From Bilabrum cf. latius (lineage: Eukaryota): a stretch of 64,000 bases of DNA. Positions 28,517 to 42,300 of the stretch are shown piece after piece (the first letter of the stretch is position 1; the number at the start of each line of letters is the position of its first letter). The position numbers and the translations under genes are program-made. The stretch covers positions 620,001-684,000 of the forward strand of contig OZ237750.1 of NCBI GenBank assembly GCA_965178125.1. Direction: 5' to 3'. The notes under the pieces were generated by a model. It searched no databases and was not told where the DNA came from. It saw nothing but the letters and a program-made list of their open reading frames with translations.

Positions 28517-31073
28517 CAGAGGTCTTCGAGACAAACCCGAGTACCACCACGTCACTCGTGACACGGCCCGTGTTGGTGACCTTCACCGTGTACGACGGCA
28601 GCCCAGCATCCACCGGTGGATTGGCGTAGTACCCTTCCCACCGTGCGAAGAGGTCGCTCGTGGTGGTACCCTGGCTCCAGCCCTGAGGCGATGCCTGCTG
28701 CACTTCGAACGTCGTGTAGGACAGTCCGTACCCGAACGGGAAAATCGTCTCGTTCTTAGGATAGAAACGGTGCGTAACCCCAGGGACTGTCTGCGCGGGA
28801 TCATAGCTGTTCGGATGCGGCCTCAGGACCATGTCTGTGATGTTGCGCGCAGCGGTGAACGAGGCCGGATACACCGTGTTGGGCATGCGGCCGGACGGCG
28901 ACACGTCTCCCATAATCACGGAAGCGATGGCATCGCCACCCAGCTCGCCGGGGTAGAACGCTTCTAGAACCGCGTCCGCGTTCGCGTACGTGAGTGACGC
29001 ATCCAGCCCGCCCGAGTTGATCAGAACGGCGACAACTCGCTTGCGAGGGGTATGGGAAGCAGCCCTCCGAATGACCGCGCGGCTGAAGTTCGCCTGGATC
29101 TCGGGGAGAGTGAGGAACGTTCGGTCGAAGCCCTCCCTCTCCATCGCGGCGTTGTTCATGGTGGCATTCTGCTGCCCGTCCATGGTGCGGAGACCCAGGA
29201 ACATGAGCACCACGTCGGCCGCGTCCACGGCATCAAGGGCCGCGTTGAAACCAGACGTGTCGTTCCCAGCGAGCTCGCACCCCTGCGCGAATGCGGCTAC
29301 TTCGACATCGCTCCGCGCCTGGAATGCTTGCAGGGGCGAGTGCTCGAGGACCAGCAGGTTCTCACCGAAGTAGTTGGCCAGTAGCTCGGTTGTCGAGTTG
29401 AAGTGAGGGCCCACCACGGCGACCTGAGGGGTTGCCGCGGTGGTCCGGGTGCCCGTGTCGCTGCTGCCTGCACCATGCCCGCCCAGTGGCAGGGTCTGGT
29501 CCTTGTTCGTGAGCAGGACCATGCCCTGGGTGGCGGAATCCAGGGCCAGCTACCGATGCTCCTGGCTGTCGATGTCCGCCAGGCCGTACTGAGTCCAAGG
29601 CGTCTCCTCCGGCGGGTTCCCTACCCCGAGGTCAAAGTACTGCCGCAACACGCGAGTGAGCGCGAGATCCACGTCAGACATGGTGATGTTTCCGTTGACC
29701 AGCGCCTCGTCCAGGTGCAACTCGAAGAATTTGCCCAGGTTGAGGTCGGTGCCTCCCCGCATGGCCTTCTGCACCGTGGCCGAGGTGGTGTTCGTGTAGT
29801 GATGCGAGTACTGAATGCCAGCGATGGCCCCCGCGTCGCTTACAACCATGCCCGAGAAATTAAACTTCGCTCTCAGCACTTGATTGATCAGCAGGCCGTT
29901 CGCGCACGAGGGTACCTCTCCTGTGCGCTACCCATCCACCACGATGTCCTCAGCGTTGTAGCTGCACATGATCCCGGCATTGTCGGCCGCGAACGCGATC
30001 GTGCGAAAATGGGCCAGGTAGGTCTCCACGAGGTCCCTCGGTGTGACGACTGCGTCGAATCCGGAGCGGCTGTAGGGCTCTCCCTTCCCCTCCGAGGTGG
30101 AGCCCCTCTCCACGTCGTACGAGTTGTAGTGCTTCAGGTTGCACATGGCCTTGTAGTAGCCCGCGCCGTCCTCCTACTGCATGGCGCCGACGTAGTGCCG
30201 GCCGTACTCGCCCGTGAGGAAAGGGTCCTCCCCGGGCACCTCGACGCACCTGCCCCAGCGCGGGTCCCTGCACAGGTTGACGTCAGGGGCAAAGTAGGAG
30301 AGGGCGTGCGAGCTGTCGGTCGAGTTTCCCATCATCCAGAGGTTGTAGAACCCCCTTGCCTCGTTTGCGATGGACGTGCCCACCGCCGACCACGCACTGC
30401 GGTTGAAGCTCGCCGCGAGCAGCTGCGCGTGCGGAAAGCTGGTCGGGCACACGGGCTGCCCCGACCCTCGTCCGATCACATCGCGTGCGCAATTGTACCG
30501 CAAACCGTGGAGGCTCTCCCGCCAGAGCTCCTGCATGGGGATTCCCAAGTCCCCGATCGAACAGCCGCTATATTTAAGGCAGCTTTCCTTTTGCGCCGTA
30601 GACATGGATCCGAGGAGCGATTGGATCCGCTCGTCCGTCGAAAGGCTCGAGTTGCAGTACGGCTCGCTGATGGGATTCAGCTGGCAGTGATCGACGTGAA
30701 AAGCAATCAGGCGATCTGCTGCGCCACATATCTCTGATGCATTCCCAGTGCATGGCATCTTGGCGCAGTCTGTAGCCGGGACGACTCTCGAGTGGTCCGG
30801 TGCATCGCGTCCGCAGAAACACTGAGACCCGTACTCAACGCCGGCATAACTGTAGCCTTGGTAGCTGCAAAACCTCTAACATACGGCATATGTCATGGGC
30901 ACAGAGGTCAGGTTTGGGCCCGGTAGCGTCCTGGCGTGGTTGTCATCCGAAAAGCAACCAAGATCGGTCGCACTGCAGCTGAGCTTGGTGCACGGCGAGA
31001 TGGGTGGAAATGGGGCGCCAATGACCCCCAATGATGAAATAACAAGCATAATTGCACCATGTGCCCGAGACAT
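28182..31073 (-). CDS. Secreted glycoside hydrolase family 3 (beta-xylosidase-like) with N-terminal WSC domain and C-terminal Fn3-like domain
   Basis: WSC domain (GCFSD..C*RFC..YAGVEYGSQCFCG..CTGNASEICG); ESLHGL, RDPRWGRCVEVPGEDP, KHY, MCSYN, nucleophile motif VVSD, YPGELGG, FPFGYGLSYT. TAGs at 30876, 30174, 29928, 29550, 28476 and 28239; TGA at 28182. Confidence 0.92.
28479..28520. repeat. (CCAGAG)n hexamer microsatellite encoding a Gly-Ser linker in the GH3 gene
   Basis: About seven tandem copies read directly from the sequence. Confidence 0.9.
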
Positions 31074-31275
31074 GCTGAAAGGATTCAGTTCATCAACTGT
31101 CCACTTCATCGTTCTGGGGACTCTATCTTCATCTTCGACTGTGGCACACATCGACCCTCCATTGACCACTGGCCAATACAGGTGATTCTTGACCGCACAG
31201 ATGTTGTGTTGGGTGCTGAGACCGCATGGGGACCCCTTCAACTCTTAATGGCTGGCACTAGCTCACGAGTTCACA

Positions 31276-33990
31276 TCACACGGTGTGCAGCGGACCCCCC
31301 TTGAGTCCCACTGGACGCAACACGATGCCCCCGCCCTTCCCAATCACCGGAGCCTCCTTCTGCACCCTCCCTGTTCCACGCGCTCCACCTGCATTGTTAT
31401 GGTCCCCTTCACCTCCCCCACTCTCCCTCTCACCATCATCAGCAATATTAGACACCACGCAGCCCGCTTGCACCGCGCCCACTTGCAGCTCACGCACCAC
31501 CTCCCACATCGACGGGCGGTCCATAGGTCGTGACGCCCAGCACCGACGCATCAGCCTCCCGTACGACGCAGGAAACGCGCGAAGCATGCATCGGATGGAA
31601 AGTACAGCCGCCTCGCGAGCCTCTGCATCCGTCAGGCCGCGACTACCACCAGCACCTCTGGCTGAACCATACGGCCCAGACTATGCCACTGATGACCCGC
31701 CCGTTGATGACCCGCCAAGAACCTCCCCCACCACGTCCTTCGCGCCAACTAGAGACCTCCTCACCGCGCAGGGGCACGTGTGGGTGTCGGGCCTAGCACC
31801 GCCCTCCACCACCAGGTGTGCGAGCCGGAACTGAGACCCCGTCCCCGCGGCACCCGCCGCTGTGCCCGCGCGGCCCCTCCCCCTCCCGCCCTACCCCCCG
31901 GAAGCATCGGGAGGCGCGTCCATCACCTCCCATCCGTCGTAAGGACACAGAGAAGTTGCCAGCTCGAACATGACCACACCGAACGCGAACACGTCAATGA
32001 ACCCACCGTTCGGTCTCACATTACGCACGGTCTGCGGCGGCCCGTCCCCTGCCGCACCGGCACCCACCTGTCTCCTTCCACCCTGTCCCTCCGCTGCTGC
32101 CCCGCTGCCACCTCCCTCCAACGCCATACCCCCGCCCTGGCTCTCCCCCTCCTCCACCCCCTCAGCAGGCACCTTTAGGCTGCCCCCCGCCAGCATCAGT
32201 GGACACAGCCACTGGATCGTGCCCAGCCCCCCCGTCAGTGTTGCTGCTCTCTGCTTTGCCTTGGCCAGCCCCAGGTCAGCGATCGATACCGAGGCCCTCG
32301 CCCTCGCAAATGCCGCTAATGCATCACTAGTCATCCCAGGGCCTACAACCTCGCGCACGCGCATGCCCCCATCTGCAGCTGGTGCAGCTGCCGCGTTCAC
32401 CTTCACGCCTCCATCCCTCGTCGGCACCGCTGCTTCCTGGTCCCTGAGGAGAAGATTCGGAGATTTCAGGTCGCGGTGCAGCATGGGTGGCGACCTGCCG
32501 TGCAGGTATGCGATGCCTTCAGCGACCCCGAGTGCCAGTCCCATGGCGCTTGCAACGGACAGGCGAGGCCGCCGCAGCGCGGCAGCGACGGCCCGCATAA
32601 CAGCAAGGGAGGTAGAGGGGGGCAGGCCAGGCGGTATGCGGGCCAAACCACTCGTTAACTTGTGTCCAGCACCAGCAGCACGCTGCGCTACCACCTAATC
32701 GCCGGTGCCGTCTCCGTTCTCGTGCTTTTCTAAGTCACTATCATCGACATCCTCATCGTCACCGGCATGCAGCGCATCCCAGACAGAGCCGCCCGCCATG
32801 AACGGAGTCACGATGCCCATTGCCAACTGAAACAGATCGGCACCGGGTGAAGTCGCCTTCTCGATCGTGGTCATCCTGCTTCTGCTGCTGCTGCTACCCC
32901 CACTCCTTGCCCCTGCGGGCACCAGCACGCCCAGCAGCTCGATCACATTCGGGTGCCTCACGCCGGCCATGGCGCTCACTTCCGATCGGAGCTCTTCTGC
33001 CGCGGCCTTGGGGGCTCCCAGCATCACTTTGACTGCCACGGGCCGGCCCTGCCACCTCCCCGCCCTGACTTGCCCGAAGGCCCCGCTCCCGATGATGGGC
33101 CCCAGCTCCACCTCGTCCTCTCGGATCAGCCGAACCCCGTCCTGTGCCTACTGGGCGCCAAGGGGCGGCTGAGTTGTGGGGTTTGGTTGTAGTCTTTCTT
33201 CCTCCACCCCGGTGCTATCCCGCCGGGCAGCAGCTGCCGCCCTCTCTCGCATGACCATGTGCGCCGCGCCAGCCGGCCGTCTCCTGCGGCGCGGCGGGGC
33301 GGGAGACACAGCAGGCTGCTTCGAAGCCGCGTTAGATTCTCCCTGGGGGTAGACAGACGACTACTACGGCACTGGAATGCCCATAGGCGTTGCCGCACCA
33401 GGCTGTTGGCCCCCTGGTGCAGGTAGGTGAGCGCCGTGGCCGGCGAGAAGTGGTTTTCGTATGGGCTGCGTCGGCTGCAACGCAGGGCTGGCGCCGCCAT
33501 TGGAGGGCGCATTGGCATTGAACAGTACACCTGGTGGAGCTTCACCGTACGGTGACGGCGCTTCCTGCATAGCAGCGCCTGGACCACCCCCTCCAAGACC
33601 AACCCTGAACACTGGTGGCGGCTTGGCTCTGCGACGTCCCGCAAGCCGTGGCCTCCACCCGGCTGGGTGTGGCGACAACTTGAGCTACACACTATGAGAG
33701 AATCTTGACGCTTGTGCTGCAAACCCATTGCCACCCGCGGCGCCCGCGGCTGCAGTGTCTGCTGCAAGAGGCGCAGGCTTCGATCGGAAGCACTCCATGC
33801 AGCATCCCAAGCAAGTATCGGCACATGCCCTGCAAAAAGACCAAATTCGCGCTGATGTCGACCTGCGATCCTTGGATCGTTGATCATCGGCCAAGATATC
33901 CTGCCGGTCGAAGCCGTAGTCGTTTGACAGCTGTTCATACTGCTGGCCGGGCCGAGCGCGACGTCCTCGGAAGTTCTTCTGTGCGGCCAT
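31276..33990 (-). CDS. Tyrosine-kinase-like (TKL) protein kinase with low-complexity insertions
   Basis: IGSGAFGQV, VAVK, RHPNVI, HRDLKSPNLL, DLG, GTIQW, DVFAFGVVMFE, CWASRPMDRPS. TAGs at 33685, 33364, 33361, 33148, 32695, 31891 and 31681; TGA at 31276. Confidence 0.88.
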
Positions 33991-34195
33991 CTTGCCAATC
34001 AGGTTCTTATTTTAACCCATTTAATGAAACCATGATTCGCTGGGCCTTTCAGGTCTGTGTAGAAGTGGCACGACAGTTTTCCTTGAAATCGCTCCGAATT
34101 GCAGATCGGCCGCCACGCACAGGTGCGGCGTATGCAGCGTGACTTGGAGTACCATGTGATGCTTGATGCCTTCATTGTCTTTCTTAGCTTACTAC

Positions 34196-36118
34196 TCATG
34201 CAGTCCACCCGTAAATAATGCCCCCCAGCGACACGAGCCCCACCACAGCCCCGCCCCCAATCATGAGCTTGGCACCCCACCGGTGCAGCTCGATCCAGCG
34301 CAGCCGCTCCTCCAGCTCTTCCACGCTCTCATGCAATTCCACCGCGGGTTCAACGCCCCCATGTCCATCCAAGAGGCCCCCATCCTCCCCCTCATCCAGC
34401 ATGAACCTACCGATGCCCCCCCCGTCCTTCCCGTTGGCACCCTCCGCAACCATGGCGCCTCTCACAGGCGACATCTGCACGTCGTGCGGCTGCTGCTGCT
34501 GCTGCTGCTGCTGCTTGCGCTCCCTTGCCTATCCATCAAACATAATGTGCGCCCCACCGCCAACACCCCCGTCATGATCGCCGCCACTCCCGTCATCGGC
34601 ACGGCCCCCTCCTCGCCGGCTCTTCAGGGCCGCTTTGAGCCCGTCCGCCACGCCGGCGTACACCCCCTCAAAGAACAGCGAAGGCAGCACAAATACCAGC
34701 ATCACGCTTGTCGTGGCGCCCACCAGGCCAAACACCGTTCGGATCCCCGGTAAAAAGATCGCGATCACGGTGACGAGCGTGAGCATGCACACCGCGATGC
34801 CCACGTGCCGAACCCAGCTGAACGGCTAGTCCGCGAAGAACAGCAGGGTGGCCGCTCGTCGAAACGGGAAGTGGATGAGCGGCACCGTCACCGCGATGCT
34901 CACGCATACCAGGATCCGCAGCACCAACACGGCAGCGTTCTTTTCCTCCACGGCCTGAAGGCTCTCCAGAGAGTCGGGGAGCACTGCACCCCTGAAGGAC
35001 GCATACCCGGCGATCCCTGCGGTGAAGTAGAGCAGCATGCAGCTGGCCATGGCGCACATGCTGATGCTCTGCATCACTGAGGGCCTGCGATCGTGCAGCT
35101 CTGTGTAGATGGGCAGCAGGGACGTGTGGCAGACGAACGAGAAGGCTAGAGTCGGGAAGGTGATGGCCGTCTGCTCGTCCACGTGCGCCAGCCGGAAATC
35201 GCAGCCCTCTCCGGATGTCTGGCCCGGGTCGCACATGTCATCCCCCTTCGCCTTGAAGCGAACGGCCTCCACCGCGTAGAGCACTGCAAAGAACACCATG
35301 ATGATAATCGAGGCACCCGAGCCGTAGCCCAGCATCCCAATGTCCTTGAAGCAAGCCATGGGGAGGTCCACGCAGAGAACAACCAGGGCCATGAGCACCC
35401 ATCGGCGCTGGAAGAAAGGGGTGGAGCCGTCATCCCCGCCGCTGTCGTGGTGGTGGTAGTGCCCGCCGTGCCCCTGCGCGACCTGCCGGATGAGGGGTGG
35501 CACCAGGTCCCCAAGTATCACGATGTAGCCGATGAGCGCCCCAGTGTTCTGCAGCATGATCGTGACCGTCGCCACAACTTTCCAGCGGTATCCCATCGCT
35601 ACTTCCCCCAGCTGCTCGTAGGAAACTACCTTCGCGGCCTCGCAGGCACGGGTGAGCAGGACCACCGCGTAGTGGGCCGCCAAGGACATTCCAACCAACA
35701 AGAAACAGAACAGTATGGCTCCCGCAGAACGCATGGCGTATGCCTGACCCAGAATACCCGATCCGAGAATCGCGTTCATCAGCAAAAACACGGCAGACAC
35801 GCTCGAGGTGGTGCCGCGGTGAGAAAGTGCGTCCGCAGAAGAACCTTCCTACTTTGACGACCCATCCCTGGATCGAAGACCGCTTGGCGACGAGTTGATT
35901 GCAAGCAGAGCGCCACCACCACCGGGAAGAACTGTTAAGCGGTGGTCAGCATTGGGAGTTGTCATTGTGTCGCGCTAAATGGAAGCATGATCTCCCTCGA
36001 GGTGCTATGATCTCGACTTGTTGAATAGGGCCGGCGAATCCGTGCGAAATATGCTGGCCTCAGACTGATGCTCGTATGTTTGGGGCGTTAATAGGCTGTC
36101 ATCGAGGGTGCTATCCAT
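34196..36118 (-). CDS. SLC38/AAAP-family amino acid transporter
   Basis: VFLLMNAILGSGILG, SYEQLG, LAFSFVCHTSLLPIYTEL, VPLIHFPFR, PFSWVRH, FGLVGATTS. Five in-frame TAGs; N-terminal DDSLL dileucine-like motif; TGA stop. Confidence 0.9.
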
Positions 36119-36304
36119 AGTTCAATCACAAAATGCCTCCATTCCAATTTCTTGCACTTCTCTTTTTTGCTCCGAGTGATTTTGAAACGTGCACATCAAT
36201 CAAATTTCCGATTTTCTAGCGTAAACTGTAAATTGGAGCACATAGCTCGTAGCAGCAAGGGTTGGGCGGCCCAATCCGACAATTCTGTGCATTATCATTC
36301 AGAT

Positions 36305-39300
36305 ATGTCTGCCACAGGGGACGATAATGAAATAGAATTGCTAAGGTAGGAGGTGGCGCAGAAAGACGATGAGAGGCGGCAGTGCGAGGCCATGCTGGCC
36401 GATTTGGAGAAGCGGTTGACTGCGGTAATGGATGATTTGAACGACTCCAAAGCGTCGCAAGAGGATCTTAGCAGCCGTCTCGAGACTGAGAGTGAGACAC
36501 CGGTATGCTAGCAGTTTCACGCACACTTCTCCGTTGCCCGATCGCGCACGATCCAAGTAGTGCCGCGCACAGCCCCATCAACGACCTAGCAAACGTTTTT
36601 AGTGTTGTGTGCGCAGAAAAGCGGAATGTGCAACTCGAGGACGATCTCGCAAAGCAGAAGGGCGCGTCCGAGCGGCTCTAGACGCTGCGCTAGCAGCTGG
36701 ACAGCATGCGGCAGCTAGCGGACGGCGAGAAAGAGGCCGCCCTTAGGAGAGCAGACCAGCTGTAGGCTCAGCTTGATGAGATGCACGCGAGCCAGAAGCG
36801 CCGTTCGGAGCAGCTGGCAGAGGAGCAGGATCGAGCAGCCAAGGCGGAGGAGGCCGCGAGCGCCGCCCGCGCCGAGCTGCTGCCGCTGCGGCACGAGAAG
36901 TCCAGCCTCTCGGACGAGCGAGACATGCTTAAGGGTCAGATCGAGCGCAGAGACGAGCAGCTGAGACAGGCCACGGAAGAAGCAGAGGCAGCCAAGTCGG
37001 CACTCAGCACCGCAAGGGGCCAGCTCAGCGCCCTCCAGGCCAGGCTCCAGCGGCAGGAGACCTCCTCAGAGGAAGAGCTGCGCAAGGCGAGGAGCGCGCT
37101 GCAGCAGGCCCGGGAGGAGGCGGACGAGGCCCGCAGGAGGTAGGAGGAGGACACGAGGGCGAGGGCGGAGGCAGAGTCGAGGGCGCGCACGCAGAGCAAG
37201 GCCACCGAGCAGCTGCTCCGGCAGCAGGACGACTCGTCGAGGCAGCTGCAGCGACAGGTGGAGCAGCTGGAGGCGCAGCTGGCCGACGCCAGGGGTGACG
37301 CGGCCGACGGCCGCAGGAAGCTGCTCGGGCAGCTGCAGGCAGCCAAGGCCGCGTTGGCTGGAGGCAGGAAGCAAGCCGAGGAGGAGGTCGCAAGGCTCCG
37401 GCAGCAGCTGGGAGAGGCCAAGGCATCGCTCGCCGCGGCACTGCAGGCCCAGGGCGACAGCATCGCAGCGGCCCGGGCGGTGGCACCCGGCGGGGACGCA
37501 GGGGACGGCGGCCAGCTGGCCATGGTGGCTGCGAATGGCGGCGAACCGGGCGAGGACGAAGAAGGAGGGGCCTCTGCAGCCGCGGCATCATCATCGTCGT
37601 AGACCTCCGGCTCCTCCTAGTCGGCGCTCGCGGGGCGCCTCATGCAGAAGGAGCGTGAGCTTCAGAGCGCCCGCGCCGAGGCCTCCCGCCTCACGGCGTA
37701 CCTGGGCCGCGTCACCGAGAAGGTCGAGCAGACCGCTCCGGTGATCACGCGGCTGAGGGCAGAGCACGGGCGTGCCACCAGGGCGCAGGAGACGCTGGCG
37801 GCTAGGCTGGAGGAGGCGCTGCGGGAGTCTGACGGTGCCAGGGGCCGAGAGGCCGAGGCAAAGGCTGCCGCGGAGAGTCTCCGGCAGCGGCTGTCGTCAG
37901 TGGCGCAGGATGCTAGCGACTAGGCGAGGCAGGTGCAGGCACTCATTTGGAAGGTGCAGCAGCTGCAGGGGCGCGCGGGCAAGGGGCCCTCATCGGGAGG
38001 CGGGTCCATCTCTGGGTCACAGCTCGGCGGCAGCGGGATCTCGCTTGCCCTGCCAGGCCTGGCATCGGCCCCGGGGCCCCACGAGCTCGTCGCGAGGACG
38101 CCCGCCACGGTCCTGGCACAGGCCGCGCGGCGCGCAGAGGAGAGCGAAGCCCCCAAGACGTCTCGGAGCATCTCGGAGCACCTCGTGTCCTTCGACGATC
38201 TCGATGCGCTCCGAGAGAAGCACAGGCAGCTGCTGCGTGTGGTGCGCGTGCTCGCCGAGCAGCGCGCCAAGGAGGTGCGCGCGACCTCGTCCGTCGCTGG
38301 CGGCGCAGGATCGTCCCAGCTGCTGGGAGGCGAGGCCGGCGTGGTGGCGCAGCTGGACCCGCGGGCGCAGCAGGCCCTGCGGCAGGCCGCGCAGAAGCTG
38401 GCCGCGCTGCAGTCCGAGCGCGAGAAGCAGCAGCGATTCCTGGCTGGGATCGTGCAGCAGCGAGACATGTACAGGGCACTCGCCAAATCAGAGGGCAAGT
38501 CCATCGGAGCCCACGCGGGGGCCGGTGCCGCAAAGTCCTCCCAGGACGCTGACGCCGGGGCGCTGCTCGCGGGCGGTTACGACGCTGCCCACTGGAAGCG
38601 CGAGAGCGAGGCACTCCGCGCGCGGCTCGACCAGGAAAGGGCATCGGCGCAGCAGGCCCTGGACGGAGCGGAGAGGGAGGCGGAGCAGGCCCGGGCCCGG
38701 CTCGTGACCGCGCAGGAGGAGTGCAAGTTCCAGCGCGACGCCGTGCGCAAGCTCAAGGCGGAGATCGACGAGCTGCAGTCGCAGCTGCGATCGGAGCGGA
38801 GGCGCCTCAGCGAGGCCCAGGCCAGGACGGGCGAGCAGGAGGAGAGGCTGGCCGTCAAGGACCAGGCCATCGCCCGCATGACCGGCGAGGTGGCCAACGA
38901 GAAGGCCCGCGCCAGGCGGTTCCAGGGCGAGGCGGAGCTGCTGCGTGCCGCCGAGGAGCGGCTCCGGGTCGAGCTCAAGAGCGTGAGCGAGGAGCGCGCC
39001 AAGCAGGAGAGGCTCGCGGACCAGCTGCGGAGGCTGGAGGAGGGTCTGCAGGCGAGGCAGGAGGGGTCTCGCAAGGCCGCAGACGAGGAAAGGTCCCGGC
39101 TGGCGCAGGACCTGCGGAGGGCCCAGGCGGAGGCGGACCGCCTTCGTCAGGAAAAGTCAGACGACGCGAAGGTGCATGCCAAGGAGCTCCAGGAGGCTGC
39201 CGCGAGGAGCGCAGAGGCAGCCGAGGCGCTGCAGAGGGCCAGGGACGCGGCTTCCTCTGCCAAGACCGAGGCTGCTCAGCATGAGGCGAGGGCGGGGCAG

Positions 39301-42300
39301 CTGCAGAAGCAGGTCGATTCGCTGATCAGCAAGCTCGAGGGCAGAGCCGCCACCGCCGCTGCTGCGTCCGGTGGCAGCGGCAGCCGTGGAAGCGGCAGCG
39401 CCGCCGATGGAACTGGCGCCGCGGGCGAGGGCGAGGGCGACGACGCCGGCTTGCAGGTGGCCGAGCTCCGGTCGGAGCTGGAGTCCCAGCGCGAGGCGCT
39501 GGAGGACGCCAAGCGGCACGCGGACGACTTCAAGGCCCTGGCAGAGGACGCCGAGCGGAGGGCGACCGAAGCGGCAGAGGCTGCCGATGCCGCCATCAAG
39601 GAGAGGGACGCGGCCCGGGAGCAGGCGGACAGGCAGAAGACCAAGCGTCTCGAGGCGGAGACCAACCTACGGCAGGAGATCGCCCGCGTGGAGGAAGAGG
39701 CCAAGGCGGCTGCAGAGGCGGCGAGCAAGCGCGAGGCGGACGTCAAGGCGCAGCTCAAGGCCACGCTAGATGACCTGGCTGCCACCAAGGCCCGCGTGGA
39801 GTCCGTGGATGCCATGGAGCAGACGCTCAAGTCGCAGCTGGAGGCCATGGAGCGGTCGAGGGACGAGGCGCGGGAGGCTTACGACAGCGTGGTGCAGATG
39901 CAGGCAAAGGACAACAAGCGGCTGCGTGAGGCCACCGAGGAAGCAAGGCAGAGCCGGGGCAAGAAGGACGAGGCCCAGGCCCGTGCCAACCGCCTGGAGC
40001 AGGAGCTGCGATCGCACAGGGAACAAGCCGAGGCGCGGGAGCTGGCCCTCCGGAAGGAGCGCGACGAGCTGCTGGCCAGGGCCAACGCCGAGAAGGAGAC
40101 GAGGGCGGGCATGCAGGAGCAGATGCAGAGCCTCGAGGCAGTCCTGCGCACGGCCCAGCGGCGCGCCGAGCAGCTCGAGGACCAGGTGGCCAGGGCCAGG
40201 GAGGATGGTGGGGCGGTGGGCGAGGGGGGGGAAGGGGGTGGTGCCGCCGAGGCGGGCGGAGCGGACTCGGCCGCGGAAGAGCTCCAGGCCCTCCGCACGG
40301 CGGACGCGCAGCTGCGGGAGCTGGTGGCGCACCTGCGCCGGGAGGTGGCGCTCGCGGACTCCAAGGTGGAGCTGGCCACCCAGCGCGCGCAGGCAGCCGA
40401 GGCGGCGACGGCCGTGGCGGAGCGCCGCGCGGAGCAGGCTCGTCTGGACGTACGGTCGCTGCAGGAGCGGCTTGACGGCGGCGAGGGCGGCAGCGGCAGC
40501 GGCGGGCTCAGCGCCCAGGAGGCCGCAGACCTCCGTCGCAAGGTGGACGAGCTGCAGATGTCCCGCGAGAGCAACGCAGTGCTGCGGGCGCAGAAGGACG
40601 AGGCTGTGCTGCGGGCCGAGCAGGCCGAGACCCAGGTGAAGGAGCTGCGGGACGAGGCCGAGCCCGCTGCGGAGAGGCTGCGTGCTCTGGAGGCGGAGAG
40701 GGCGGAGTGGGACTCCGAGAGGGCTTCCCTCGAGAAGCAGGCGACCAGGTGGCAGGAGCGGTTCCAGGGCCTGCTGGCCAGGCACGGCGAGGTGGACAAG
40801 GAGGAGTACGATGCGGTGCGCAAGGAGGTGGACGAGGCCAAGGCCGCACTGGATGCCTCAAGCAAGCGCGAGGAGGACCTGCAGGCCTCGCTGGAGGCGG
40901 CCAGGCGAGAGGCCAAGGAGGCGGCCCAGCGCGCGGACGCTCTCGAGGAGGCGCAGCAGAGCCTTGACCAGCGCATCTCGAAGGCGAGGCAGGTCGTCAA
41001 GAACCTCCGCGACAAGAACCGCGAGCAGGAGAAGGCGCTGCAGGAGGCCAGGCAGCAGCAAGAGGCAGCGGAGAAGGCGCGCGACGATGCCGTGGCCCAG
41101 GCCGCAGATGCCGGCAGCGGAGGCGGCGGCAGCGGTGGCAGCGACGGCGTGCAGCCCCGGCAGCTCAAGCTGGCCCGGAAACGGTTGCAAGACACGCAGA
41201 AGCGAGCCAGCAAGGCCGAGGAGCGAGCCTCCGCGGCTGCCAAGGAGCTCACCGAGTGCCGCGCTCGCGAGGCCGCCCTTCGAGCTGCGCTTGAGCGCAT
41301 GGAGAAGGCCAACGAGGGCCTTCTCGCCCTGTGCGCAGAGCAGAAGGACGAGCTCGCCGTGGTGGACACCGAGGCACAGAGCCTGCGGCAGCGGGCCGCT
41401 CGCCTGCTCAAGCGAAGCACGGACGGTGGGATGGAAGCTGTGGATGAGGAAGAGGGAGACGATGAGGAAGAGGCGGAGGACCTGGTGGAGGGTAGCGAGC
41501 CGTTGGACGGGGACGGGGACGGGGATGCTAGCCGCCTGTCTGCCTCTCCTGTGGAGTCGGAGGGTGACGGTGGCTTTGGAGCGTTCGAGTCGGGCAAGCT
41601 GCAGCAAGGCGGTCTGGAGTTCGGCGGCGAGGGCGAGGGCCTGCCCGTGCCCTCAGAGGAGGACGGCGGGGGCGCAGGAGGCGACGGCGGCGAAGTGGAC
41701 GGCTGGGGGCTGTCGGGGCAGGATGGGGAGGGCGGCGACGAGAACCAGGACCACGACGAGGAGGACGAGGGCGATGACTAGGATGAGGATGAGGATGAGG
41801 GTGATGCTGGAGAAAGCGGAGGAGGAGACGTGATGGAGGGGTGGGCCGTGGATCGCCAGGAGAGCGCAAAGTCCGAGGACTTGGAGGCCATCGAAAAAGA
41901 GGCCGCAAAGCAGCAGCTGCTGCGAGACCTGCTCAACGCGGCAGCTAAGCCTGACTAGGGCCAGAGCGGAGCCTCGCCTGACATCCAGGCAGTGCAGGAT
42001 CGCAAGGAGCGCCGCAGGATGCGCGAAGCGCTGCGGAAGGACGTGTTTGCCCAGCACGGGGGACAGGACGACGATGCTCTAGCCACAGCATCGTCCTCAA
42101 GCTCATCCGCGGCGGCAGCCTCCGCTGATGACGGCGCAGCATAGGGCCAGGATGGAGATGAGTTCGGGTTCGGAAGCGGAAGCGGGGGCGAGGATGGGGG
42201 CGACGGCTTTGGCGGAGACGGAGCTGCCGGCTCTGGTTCGAAAGATGCTTCGGACGGAGAGGGAGAGGGAGAGGGAGAGGGAGGGGATGATGATGATGAC

